Shown here: positions 44,061 through 52,450 of the stretch, in pieces
How the letters are laid out: each line of letters opens with the position of its first letter
Position numbering within the stretch: position 1 is the stretch's first letter
Virus record (IMG/VR): IMGVR_UViG_3300017909_003089
Coordinates: 1 to 52,450 of that record
Reading direction: 5' to 3' (one strand)
Source of the DNA: a virus
Taxonomy: Duplodnaviria; Caudoviricetes
Length of the DNA stretch: 52,450 nt
The notes under the pieces: generated by a model
The model's input: the letters and a program-made list of their open reading frames with translations, nothing else
What the model was told of the DNA's origin: nothing
The model's database searches: none
Program-made: the position numbers and the translations under genes

Positions 44061-46580
44061 TTAACCAAAGAAATCCTCCAGTGATACAACCTCTTCTGAA
44101 TTCCAACCAACAGCATCTAGGATTGGTTCAATAGGGTCAAGGAAGGTTTTTTGGAATTGCATATCATAATCAATATACTTATGAAGGTTAAATTCTTCAG
44201 GTAAGTAATCAGGGAATGCAATTACATTTTCTTTGATAGTGTTTGGCGTTCGTAAATATACAAACTTAATCTTTTCGCCATTTTGAATTAATGCATACTT
44301 TTTAGTTAATGCTAAATCTTGGACTTGTTTGTTAAATAGTAAAGACCCACGAACATGTATTGGCGTACCTTTTTTGTATATAGTATTGTGATCTTTATAT
44401 TCTTTGACTTTTGATACTCCGCGTGGGAATGCAATTTCATCAGGTGGTAATGTCTTGAAGTAATTCTTAAATTGTTCAATAGACTTCTGAACTTCAGTTT
44501 CGTTACTTGACATGATAACTTTAAATAATTGTTTAAGTGCATCACGACATGGTTCTGGAGTAGAAGACTTAATTGCTTCAATACCCATAATCTTGAGCTT
44601 AGGTTCTTTATATCGAACACCTTCGTTATCCAATACATTAAGGATATACCTTTTCTTAGCAGTCCAAATACCACGGTCAGCAATAACTTCTCTAGCCATA
44701 ACCATTCTGTTTGATACTCCGCCTAACATAGAATATAAATCATCATATGATTTTGCCAACACTGGCTCAAGTGTATCACTACAAATTTTATCTAGGAAAT
44801 CAATTGGATTCTTTGGATTAAATTTGTTTACGATATCGTCTAGGCTAACATACAAGGAGTCTGTATCGATTGCGACGACATAGTCTTTAAACGATGTTGT
44901 TCGCATTGTTCGATTGAGAAACGAATTAAGTTCATATTCGGCCCATCGAATGGTGAGCTGACCGGTGAGGGTAATGGCTTCTGCGATTCTTTGGTCGAAG
45001 AAACGAAAATATTTGTTACCCATAGCACCATAAAGACTATTAAGAAGAATCTTAATTGCCATCTGGCTATTTTCAGCGATTGATATTTCTCTTTCAATCG
45101 AATAAAGTTCTTGTTTATCATTTTTATCCACCTTTTGTAATTTCTTTTGAGCTTTAATCATATCACCTTTTATAGTAACACGCTCTTGATACATTTCATC
45201 AATAATGGCTGGGATTATTCCAGGTTTGTCAGTATTGAAATATTGTCCATTTGCCGCTAGAGCTTTACCTTTATTATTAGGTCTTTGAGATTTTGTAAGT
45301 ACTTGTTCAATATCAACATTACCTATTTCACCATCAGCAATAGTTTCTGGTGACATATTATATTGCATGATGATTGAAGGATAAAGAGAGTTTAAATCAA
45401 AACTTACCAGGTTTTCATGTATACCAACTTGAGGTTCTTTTACATAACCGCCAGGATAGAATGTTTTTACTTTATCTTCTATGAATGGTATTACAATATT
45501 ATTTTCATGTAGCTTACGATAAATGATTGTGTCCCATATAGCAGTAGTACCAAATGTATCATTATAATTTACACCACCTTTATATGCCATAGTCATACAT
45601 AAAGTAATTAGACCCATCTTATCTTCTATTCGGTCAACTAACTCTACGTCTTTGATGTTATAGTCAATAAAGAGTTGATGATTATGTTTATATAAAGTAT
45701 GTAGGTTACCATATTCTTCATAAGATAACTTCTTCTCACCTAATACAACATGTGCAATATGATCCAATTTATATGATTCTTGTGGACCATAAGAGTAACC
45801 AAACTTTTGGAATAGGTCAAGATAATCAAGTTGAGATATACCTTTTAAGTCGTAAGATGTTTGAGTCCTACCCATCTTTGTAATATCTTGTCTATCAATC
45901 ATACCCCATGGACTCAATCTTTTTACATATGCTTCACCAATAAGTTTATGAATACGGTTTACCAAGTAAGGTATATCAAAGAACCTTGTATTCCAACCAG
46001 TGATAACATCTGGTACATTTGATGGTTGAGACCAATGTGTAATAAATTTAATAAGTAAGTCTGCTTCATTGTCGCATTTGTTATATATGACACGATGTGT
46101 TTTCATATATGTATTTTCTACATCATAGTCGCCGAGTCCCCATATATGATAAGTATTGTCGATATTATTTTTAATAGTAATTGAGATTACTTTATGCTCA
46201 GCTTTATCAGGCTCGGGAAAGCCATCGTCAGACGCAACCTCGATATCGATAGTAGTCACATTTATTTTGTTCCTATCGAATTCGATGTGACCAGGGTAAT
46301 GGTCATTGATAAAAGTTGAGATATACCGAGTGTTACCAAAAATATGGCGACCGGCAGTGTCCTTATTTGTCCTTACCCATTCGGTAGCTGTTCTCATAGA
46401 GTCAAATGCAACTTCACCAACTGATGTACCATCTAGTGTTTTCCATTTAGTTGGGCGGTTGGTACTCACATACAGCTTAGGACCGTATTTGATTTTTTCT
46501 GTAATTCTTTTGTTATGATCATAGCCACGTAGGAGAATCATATTTCCGTATCGTGACACATTAGTATAGAATTTTGACAT
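44061..46580 (-). CDS. gp43: Family B DNA polymerase (T4 gp43)
   Basis: DIEV exonuclease motif, FDLNSLYPSII, KILLNSLYG, IDTDS; C-terminal clamp motif SLEDFFG. Confidence 0.97.
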   Translation of the reverse strand: MSKFYTNVSRYGNMILLRGYDHNKRITEKIKYGPKLYVSTNRPTKWKTLDGTSVGEVAFDSMRTATEWVRTNKDTAGRHIFGNTRYISTFINDHYPGHIEFDRNKINVTTIDIEVASDDGFPEPDKAEHKVISITIKNNIDNTYHIWGLGDYDVENTYMKTHRVIYNKCDNEADLLIKFITHWSQPSNVPDVITGWNTRFFDIPYLVNRIHKLIGEAYVKRLSPWGMIDRQDITKMGRTQTSYDLKGISQLDYLDLFQKFGYSYGPQESYKLDHIAHVVLGEKKLSYEEYGNLHTLYKHNHQLFIDYNIKDVELVDRIEDKMGLITLCMTMAYKGGVNYNDTFGTTAIWDTIIYRKLHENNIVIPFIEDKVKTFYPGGYVKEPQVGIHENLVSFDLNSLYPSIIMQYNMSPETIADGEIGNVDIEQVLTKSQRPNNKGKALAANGQYFNTDKPGIIPAIIDEMYQERVTIKGDMIKAQKKLQKVDKNDKQELYSIEREISIAENSQMAIKILLNSLYGAMGNKYFRFFDQRIAEAITLTGQLTIRWAEYELNSFLNRTMRTTSFKDYVVAIDTDSLYVSLDDIVNKFNPKNPIDFLDKICSDTLEPVLAKSYDDLYSMLGGVSNRMVMAREVIADRGIWTAKKRYILNVLDNEGVRYKEPKLKIMGIEAIKSSTPEPCRDALKQLFKVIMSSNETEVQKSIEQFKNYFKTLPPDEIAFPRGVSKVKEYKDHNTIYKKGTPIHVRGSLLFNKQVQDLALTKKYALIQNGEKIKFVYLRTPNTIKENVIAFPDYLPEEFNLHKYIDYDMQFQKTFLDPIEPILDAVGWNSEEVVSLEDFFG

Positions 46581-46587
46581 ATAATAT

Positions 46588-46616
46588 ATTATACCATAGT
46601 TTAGTAATAATGTAAA
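46588..46616 (-). promoter_or_regulatory. Sigma70-type early promoter of gp43 (leaderless)
   Basis: TTTACA-17nt-TATAAT; 7 nt to ATG. Confidence 0.85.
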
Positions 46617-46631
46617 CCATTATTTTCATTC

Positions 46632-46662
46632 AATAAAGGTGGGGGTAATTTCTTACCCCCGC
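46632..46662 (-). terminator. Intrinsic terminator
   Basis: GGGGGTAA-GAAA-TTACCCCC then ACCTTTATT. Confidence 0.75.
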
Positions 46663-46675
46663 ATGATTTCAATTT

Positions 46676-46795
46676 TTAGAAACTCACCCAGGCTAGGTAG
46701 ATAGTGAATGGAGCCAATCCTAAAATTATACCACCAACTACTAACATTCCTAGGGTCTCTGCAATATCATCATATTTCGAAATGATGTATTTCAT
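46676..46795 (-). CDS. Small membrane peptide (39 aa) downstream of hsp20
   Basis: MKYIISKYDDIAETLGMLVVGGIILGLAPFTIYLAWVSF; GGAG SD. Confidence 0.6.
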   Translation of the reverse strand: MKYIISKYDDIAETLGMLVVGGIILGLAPFTIYLAWVSF

Positions 46796-46845
46796 TCTGT
46801 TCTCCAGTAAAAAGTTTATTACTATCTACTGGGTGTTCGCTGATA

Positions 46846-47301
46846 TTAGCCTTTCAAATATTGCTTTTTCTTTGATGCCCCAGCAGACCCTATTTCGATC
46901 TTCCTAGGACGCTTCTCTTCTGGGAGTTCTACTCTGGCATACACCACTAGTATTCCATCCACAAGGTCAGCACCATCTATAACGACAAATTCTGAGAGTC
47001 GGAAGCTTTTCTCAAATTTGCGAGATGAGATTCCTTTATAAGCATATTCTCTATCATCATTCTCAACAGCTCCTGAGATTTTAAGGATACCATCTTTAAG
47101 TTCGATATCAATATCATCCATTGAGAAACCTGCCACAGCCATTTCGATTAAGAATTTCTCTTCATCGATTTTAACAATGTTATGTGGTGGGTAGTTATCT
47201 GTTCCAGCTCTAGCACTTGTATGAATTCTTTCTAAGTCTTCAAACAAAGTATCAAAGCCAACGAATAATGAACGAGGTACGTTCAAAGTATTTCTTACCA
47301 T
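46846..47301 (-). CDS. hsp20: Small heat-shock protein Hsp20 (IbpA-like)
   Basis: NYPPHNI, AVAGF, KGISSRKF, DGILVV, PEEKRPRKI. Confidence 0.95.
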   Translation of the reverse strand: MVRNTLNVPRSLFVGFDTLFEDLERIHTSARAGTDNYPPHNIVKIDEEKFLIEMAVAGFSMDDIDIELKDGILKISGAVENDDREYAYKGISSRKFEKSFRLSEFVVIDGADLVDGILVVYARVELPEEKRPRKIEIGSAGASKKKQYLKG

Positions 47302-47309
47302 TTTAATTT

Positions 47310-47328
47310 CCTCCTATTTATAGCAAGG
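47310..47328 (-). promoter_or_regulatory. ROSE-like RNA thermometer hairpin
   Basis: CCUUGCUA-UAAA-UAGGAGG: UUGCU motif with bulged G pairs with the SD. Confidence 0.65.
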
Positions 47329-47373
47329 TTGCGGAACCCGAACCATTCGGCATTCCAATTATATTTATACAGG

Positions 47374-47799
47374 TTAACTCTCTGTTTGAGAATTTCCTAT
47401 ATTATATTTAGGACATAAATCCCATTGAGATTTTTCTTTAAAAGGGATAACCTTTATTTGTCTCAATGGAGCACAGTCCTTTGCAGACTCAGGTTTAACT
47501 ATACTGACTAAACCCCAGTCAGCTAACAGAGTAGCAATTGTATTTCTACGCTGTAAATCATTTTCTATTAGATTGGATGGTTTTCCATCTAATAAAAATA
47601 ATTCTTTAAAATGTACTATAAAATACCTACCTTGTTTGTGTAATATATGACAAGATTGGTATAGTTTGTTGTCTTTTCGCGATGCAACTCCAATACGAGT
47701 TAATGTTTCTCTTATCTTAAGAAAGTCATCGGGTTCATTAAGTGTGACTTCAAGCATATCATCTGAAGTCCAGTTATTAATTTGATTTTGTTCTTCCAC
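47374..47799 (-). CDS. regA: Translational repressor RegA
   Basis: DDFLKIRETLTRIGVAS, LYQSCHILHKQGRYFIVHFKEL. Confidence 0.96.
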   Translation of the reverse strand: MEEQNQINNWTSDDMLEVTLNEPDDFLKIRETLTRIGVASRKDNKLYQSCHILHKQGRYFIVHFKELFLLDGKPSNLIENDLQRRNTIATLLADWGLVSIVKPESAKDCAPLRQIKVIPFKEKSQWDLCPKYNIGNSQTES

Positions 47800-48163
47800 C
47801 TTTATTCATCCTTGTTTTTAACTCATCAATTTGTTCATTACTTAGTAGTGTTAAAACAGATTTAGCTTTTTCATTGCTATAACCATAACAATCTTTAATG
47901 AGTTGTAAATTCTCTACCTCACTTGGTTTTAACCATTTAGAGAATCTTTGTTTCTTTCTAATTATATTTATAAAAAAATCGAATTGAAGCCTATGGTCAA
48001 GATGATGGTATTTGTTCATTTCGTTAGCAAATAAGATAGTATCAGGAAAAAACGATAATGCCTTATTAATTATATAAGGGTTATATTCTTTCTCTGCAAT
48101 ATCATCAACCATAATATCTTTCTTATTATAGTTGATTGAGTTTACGTAGTCAAACGGATTCAT
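47777..48163 (-). CDS. gp62: Clamp loader small subunit (gp62)
   Basis: YNPYIINKALS, ANEMN, YGYSNEKA; position between gp44 and regA. Confidence 0.92.
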   Translation of the reverse strand: MNPFDYVNSINYNKKDIMVDDIAEKEYNPYIINKALSFFPDTILFANEMNKYHHLDHRLQFDFFINIIRKKQRFSKWLKPSEVENLQLIKDCYGYSNEKAKSVLTLLSNEQIDELKTRMNKGGRTKSN

Positions 48164-49095
48164 TTAAAATTTACCCCCGCCATCACTTCTGTTAAACAAG
48201 CAACCATGTTTAATTCATGGTCAGCTACGAAACTATCTTTATATTGATAATCAGCTAAGATAAGAACAAGCTGTGGAATTGATTGTGGGTCAACATAATC
48301 ATTCATACTATCATATAGTTTTCTAAAGATAGCGGTTGGTTCTATGTCAATATTATCGACTACCCACTTACGCATACCTTTAAAGTTTTTAATTTTAAGA
48401 TGATTAATAAGTGAGTCAATTGAAACATCAGAAACATTGACAAGTATACCTGAGTCAATTTTACCACCTACTGCATATCTTTGTAATTCATTTATGATTC
48501 TTCTGAAGTCTGGGAAGTGTTTAATAATAAACTCTACTAATACTTGTTTATCGTATTCAACCTTTTCTTCACCAAGGATATACATCAACCTAGCCATAAA
48601 GACTGAAGCTAACCTATCCTTTTCATTTCTCGGTAAGGCAAATTCAACTACTGAACATCTACTGTGTAATGGTTCAATAATTCTATTCTTAAAATTACAA
48701 GTAAGAATAAATCTACAGTTTTCACTGAACTCTTCAATAAACCCACGTAATGCGGGTTGGGTGGACTGTGGGTTCAGATAATCAGCTTCATCAAGAATGA
48801 CCAACTTGTGTCCACCCGAAAGAGAGACGCTTGACGCGAACTGTTTAATTTTGTTACGAAGTGTATCAATATTCCCTTCTTCGGATCCATTAATAATAAT
48901 ATAATCTAAATCTAATTCTTTAGCTATTGCTTTAGCTATAGTTGTTTTACCGACACCAGCTGTGCCAGTGAATAACATATTTTGTATTTCTCCCGCTTTA
49001 ACTATTTCACTAAATGTTTTGTGTAAGTCAGCGGAAAGTATACAATCATCGACCGTTTGTGGTCGGTACTTTTCTACCCATAAAAACTCATTCAT
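48160..49095 (-). CDS. gp44: Clamp loader ATPase (gp44)
   Basis: WVEKYRP, GTAGVGKT, LDEAD, SRC. Confidence 0.96.
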   Translation of the reverse strand: MNEFLWVEKYRPQTVDDCILSADLHKTFSEIVKAGEIQNMLFTGTAGVGKTTIAKAIAKELDLDYIIINGSEEGNIDTLRNKIKQFASSVSLSGGHKLVILDEADYLNPQSTQPALRGFIEEFSENCRFILTCNFKNRIIEPLHSRCSVVEFALPRNEKDRLASVFMARLMYILGEEKVEYDKQVLVEFIIKHFPDFRRIINELQRYAVGGKIDSGILVNVSDVSIDSLINHLKIKNFKGMRKWVVDNIDIEPTAIFRKLYDSMNDYVDPQSIPQLVLILADYQYKDSFVADHELNMVACLTEVMAGVNFK

Positions 49096-49349
49096 TAATT
49101 AGTATCCCATTGTTTAACTGTGTCCAATCTGAAACTCCTCCATGCTTTTTTATCTAGTGCCCAGCATGCGAAGTGGTCAGACTCTGCATTCATTTCGACT
49201 TTTACGTCGACTCCGTTTTCTTTTAATATGTTTTGGTCAAGTGTACAAGGCATAATCCTTAGTTCACCTGTTCCTACTTTTTCAAATGTTACAGTTACGA
49301 TACCTGTATTAAGAGCGTTTAATAGTTTTTGTTTTTCAGTTTGTTCCAT
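49095..49349 (-). CDS. Small SH3/WYL-like protein
   Basis: VTFEKV..ELR.MPCTL, KKAWRSFR. Confidence 0.7.
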   Translation of the reverse strand: MEQTEKQKLLNALNTGIVTVTFEKVGTGELRIMPCTLDQNILKENGVDVKVEMNAESDHFACWALDKKAWRSFRLDTVKQWDTN

Positions 49350-49364
49350 AATATAATCCTATTC

Positions 49365-49391
49365 AAAATAAAGGGGGAATTGCTCCCCCTT
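49365..49391 (-). terminator. Intrinsic terminator
   Basis: AGGGGGA-GCAA-TTCCCCCT followed by TTATTTT. Confidence 0.85.
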
Positions 49392-49394
49392 AAA

Positions 49395-49658
49395 TTAATC
49401 AGCTGAGCCTTCGGCTTCAACTTCATCGTTAACTTCCTCTACTGGCAAATTACCTTCGGCCTCTTGACCTTGTGCTTCTTGCGCAGCTTGAAGGAAAGCA
49501 ACGATTCTTGACCTAAGTCCACCAACTGCTTCTAATTCTGGTCCTTCAAACCCACCTCGTCTTGAGACTAAGTCGATAATTTGAACCATAGTAGCGATGT
49601 CGTTAAGACCTAGCTGTACACCTTCTGGTGCTTCTACGTTTACATTTTCTTCAGCCAT
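49395..49658 (-). CDS. Acidic hypothetical protein
   Basis: IIDLVSRRGGFEGPELEAVG; AAGGAG SD; late promoter at 49757-49764. Confidence 0.75.
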   Translation of the reverse strand: MAEENVNVEAPEGVQLGLNDIATMVQIIDLVSRRGGFEGPELEAVGGLRSRIVAFLQAAQEAQGQEAEGNLPVEEVNDEVEAEGSAD

Positions 49659-49759
49659 TTTTTTTCTCCTTTGCAAAGTTTAGACTAAATTCAGAGGCCT
49701 CCCCATGAGCACCTCCATACTTATCTCCATAATAATATGGAGAATAACTTCTAATATAT

Positions 49760-50455
49760 TTATACATTAAAAGTTGAGTTTTTCTCTAAAGCGATAAAAT
49801 ATTCCACAGGATAATTACTATTGGTCCAATTAGAGATTAGCTTTGAAGATATACTTACAAAGTAATCACCTGGTAGTAATTTCAAATTAGGAATACTTAC
49901 AATAAAGTTAAAGTCATTCTTACAAGAATTATCTTTATCCAACTCTATTGTATATGAATTAGATGTTGAGTCTTTAGTATCAACTACTGACGCTGTTACT
50001 AATCCATTTTCACCTTTAAGAGAAAGTTCTGTATGCCCTAGAACAGCTGCAGCTTTTCTTATCTGATTTAATACGTCTTCAGATAAAGAAACTCCTAATT
50101 CTGCATTAGGCATTTGAATATCCTTTTGTGGTGAAGTCAAGATATCTGTTTCAGAAAAGTAATATCTTACATTCTGATGATTTGACATTTGGCTTCCGCC
50201 CTCTGATGTCGATACCAATACGGACTTGTCTTCAAACTCAAGGACTGGGTTTTCAATCAAATTGAATACCGATAAGAATTCGTTTAAATCATAGATTCCA
50301 AATTCTTTTGGCATGTCTTCAACTATTTCAGCCTTTGCCATAATGGTTTTTGACTCAGATATAGTTTTCAGATTTTGCCCTGGTTGCATAACAATGTTCG
50401 GATTAATCGACGCAAAGTTTTTAAGTACATTCAATGTAGCGTTAGATAATTTCAT
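49760..50455 (-). CDS. gp45: Sliding clamp (gp45)
   Basis: MKLS..TL..LKNFASIN, FGIYDLNEFL, YFIALE. Confidence 0.95.
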   Translation of the reverse strand: MKLSNATLNVLKNFASINPNIVMQPGQNLKTISESKTIMAKAEIVEDMPKEFGIYDLNEFLSVFNLIENPVLEFEDKSVLVSTSEGGSQMSNHQNVRYYFSETDILTSPQKDIQMPNAELGVSLSEDVLNQIRKAAAVLGHTELSLKGENGLVTASVVDTKDSTSNSYTIELDKDNSCKNDFNFIVSIPNLKLLPGDYFVSISSKLISNWTNSNYPVEYFIALEKNSTFNV

Positions 50456-50478
50456 TTCATTTCCTCATTAATAATAAT

Positions 50479-50507
50479 ATTATACCACAGTTTTTGCATA
50501 ATGTAAA
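50479..50507 (-). promoter_or_regulatory. Sigma70-type early promoter of gp45
   Basis: TTTACA-17nt-TATAAT with TGTGG. Confidence 0.85.
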
Positions 50508-50510
50508 TGG

Positions 50511-50801
50511 TTAATTTGCCTTATCATGTTCGTTAAGAGCAATGATAGCATAATGCAATACCTTTTGCAAATCTTTTCTGTGGTCACCAGCCGTACCTTT
50601 TTTCCCATATCGTTGAGCATACTTAAGTATGTTACCAATGGCAAATCCTATACCGTGTCCACAGTCTGAAATAAATTCCGTTGATTGGAAATTATTTTTT
50701 GAGTAGTGACCACCGTAGGTACTATCTATATAATTCTGGAGCTCTTGAATTAGAGCTCCTTCATTAAACTTATATGTTATTTTATTCTGTTTCTTGTTGA
50801 A
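50511..50801 (-). CDS. DUF3310-like protein
   Basis: HY...GNILKYAQRYGKK...DLQKVLHY. Confidence 0.75.
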   Translation of the reverse strand, partial: FNKKQNKITYKFNEGALIQELQNYIDSTYGGHYSKNNFQSTEFISDCGHGIGFAIGNILKYAQRYGKKGTAGDHRKDLQKVLHYAIIALNEHDKAN

Positions 50802-51921
50802 CATTTTCCTCCTCATTACCTATTACTCCTGAATCCACTTTGGTATAAAGATCCAGGAAAGCTTCTTTAGTATCTAAGTCGAATCTTGAGATACACATAT
50901 CGATTGCTTTCATTCTATCTTTGAAGATAGAAAATGTTTGAACAATATGGCATAACCTTCTTGTAGAGATTACTTCATCGACTCCATCGTCATAGAATGT
51001 TTTTCTAATAACGTCTGCCCATGTGACAAGCTTATCAGCAAAGTCTTCATCAGCATTACCAAATTTGTCCATATGCTTGATTACGATTTTCTTTTCGATT
51101 ACAAGTGATGGAAAAGGTTGGTCAATAGATACTGTAAACCTTTCAAGGAAAGCTTCATCGATAATTGAAGCTGCAGTAAATCTACCATCTTCGGAACCTT
51201 TACCTTTTGTGTTAGCAGTTGCTATTACATTAAACCCAGGTGCCGGAGATATTGTTTCACCCGTCTTTTTAACAACAACAGGTTTACCTTCAAGTATACC
51301 TTGAAGACACATAATTTTATTTGTAGCTCTGTCGATTTCGTCAAGTAATAAGACTGCACCGTTTTCCATTGCTTTAAGAACCGGACCTTTAGAGAATACA
51401 GTTTCTCCGTTAATAAGTCTGAACCCACCAAGCAAATCATCTTCATCTGTTTCTGGATTGATTTGTACACGTATAAACTCCCTGTTTAATTTTGCACATG
51501 CTTGTTCTACCATGAATGTTTTACCATTACCTGATAGTCCACTGATGTATGTTGGATAGAACATCCCTGATTTTAGAATTTTAACCATGTCGGAAAAAGA
51601 ACCCCATGGTACGAATGTATCGTCTTTCTGAGCAAATGTTTTCTCATCATTAACTATTGATTGCATTGCCATAGCTTTATTTGGCATTGTGTTATTTACA
51701 GGTTGAATAGTTTCTCTAAGTGGAACTATTACTGACGATAAGTCATAAGTACCAATCTTGACTCTATTCTCTGCTGTAAGCAAACAATAAAAATCCTTTC
51801 CTGTGTAACCAAATTCTTTGGCTATGTCAACGATTGTTGACTTTTTGAATTCGTTACTGTCTGGATAACGTGTAGCCAATTCAGTAAGAATTTTTTGTGT
51901 AGATATTTTCAAGTTTTTCAT
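50782..51921 (-). CDS. cobS: CobS/MoxR-like AAA+ ATPase
   Basis: GLSGNGKT, LLLDEID, ATANTKGKG, AFLERF, ISTRRL. Confidence 0.88.
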   Translation of the reverse strand: MKNLKISTQKILTELATRYPDSNEFKKSTIVDIAKEFGYTGKDFYCLLTAENRVKIGTYDLSSVIVPLRETIQPVNNTMPNKAMAMQSIVNDEKTFAQKDDTFVPWGSFSDMVKILKSGMFYPTYISGLSGNGKTFMVEQACAKLNREFIRVQINPETDEDDLLGGFRLINGETVFSKGPVLKAMENGAVLLLDEIDRATNKIMCLQGILEGKPVVVKKTGETISPAPGFNVIATANTKGKGSEDGRFTAASIIDEAFLERFTVSIDQPFPSLVIEKKIVIKHMDKFGNADEDFADKLVTWADVIRKTFYDDGVDEVISTRRLCHIVQTFSIFKDRMKAIDMCISRFDLDTKEAFLDLYTKVDSGVIGNEEENVQQETE

Positions 51922-51955
51922 AATATAGTTTTTCTCCTTATCAATTTATAATTGT

Positions 51956-51985
51956 ATTATACCACAGTTGCGGTGGTAATGTAAA
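51956..51985 (-). promoter_or_regulatory. Sigma70-type early promoter
   Basis: TTTACA-18nt-TATAAT with TGTGG. Confidence 0.75.
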
Positions 51986-52014
51986 TAGCCAGAGTGAAAA
52001 AAGTGTGCTTAATT

Positions 52015-52449
52015 TCACATTGCCACCGCTTTTCCAAAGTTAGTCAATAGAGTTTTGTTTAACTTTTTTGACTTACTATGTTTTTTGAATGCATTAGTAA
52101 TTTGACCTTTAGTAGCATCTTCAGCTATATCAAATTCTTCTGCATTAGTTGTAATTTGTTTTGCTTTTAGAATATAATAGTTATCATATCCTTTTGCATC
52201 TTCAAATGTACATACCTTTTGTTTATTCATCATTTTTTGACAATCCTTTTTAAAAGATTGTAAATCATCCCACTCATCGAAACCTTTATCGTAGGCTACA
52301 TCTTCTAGTCTTCTTCTGTATTCCCATTGGTCATTAGCTAAGAAGAAACCAATAGTTGTTACACCGTAGTTTTTTCTTAGGTTATCTAAAAGAACTTCAG
52401 TACAATCTCTACCTAGGCTTGGTGTTTTAACTTTATGACCATCAAGATT
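52015..52449 (-). CDS. 3' end of a probable vWA/CobT-like partner protein (starts beyond the window)
   Basis: Frame appears open to the window edge (…LLDNLRKNYGVTTIGFFL…GYDNYY); lies upstream of cobS. Confidence 0.65.
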   Translation of the reverse strand, partial: NLDGHKVKTPSLGRDCTEVLLDNLRKNYGVTTIGFFLANDQWEYRRRLEDVAYDKGFDEWDDLQSFKKDCQKMMNKQKVCTFEDAKGYDNYYILKAKQITTNAEEFDIAEDATKGQITNAFKKHSKSKKLNKTLLTNFGKAVAM

Positions 52450-52450
52450 A

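Noticed and set aside
44312-45121. Alternative-frame ORFs inside gp43, in a locally GC-richer stretch
   Set aside because: They overlap conserved polymerase motifs and have no recognisable product or initiation signal; gp43 is uninterrupted, so no intron or intein.
50782-51921. Cobalamin biosynthesis auxiliary gene
   Set aside because: CobS-like ATPases with vWA partners are routine in marine T4-like phages; no other cob genes are present.
1-52450. tRNA genes or alternative genetic code
   Set aside because: No cloverleaf was spotted by eye in the short intergenic gaps (tRNAscan would be decisive); core genes are full length under the standard code.

Overview
AT-rich 52 kb segment of a large T4-like myophage, probably marine. 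All credible genes are on the minus strand. A gammaproteobacterial host is inferred from the E. coli-like bS21, NrdAB and IbpA-type Hsp20. From the right end the window holds: (i) the replication module (CobS-like ATPase, gp45, gp44, gp62, RegA, Hsp20, gp43, a PrimPol-like primase, UvsX, gp41); (ii) a cytosine hypermodification cluster (gp42-type dCMP hydroxymethylase, dCMP deaminase, MazG-like pyrophosphatases, a BGT-like glycosyltransferase, a HAD-kinase fusion, a TagD-like cytidylyltransferase and an atypical C5-methyltransferase-fold enzyme), followed by ribosomal protein bS21; (iii) a ~10 kb late block of proteins that nearly all begin with a T4 internal-protein-like capsid-targeting peptide; (iv) spanins, class Ia RNR, cytochrome c, glutaredoxin, a GIY-YIG nuclease, RNase H and repair genes; (v) lysozyme, IscA and a curli-like operon (CsgF, CsgG, curlin-like protein, FecR). 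Non-coding signals read directly from the sequence: 11 near-identical TTTACA-N17-TATAAT promoters (several giving leaderless mRNAs), T4 late TATAAATA promoters, three intrinsic terminators, a ROSE-like RNA thermometer before hsp20, and a 4x11-bp Pho-box-like array. All product calls come from motif recognition; no database search was run.
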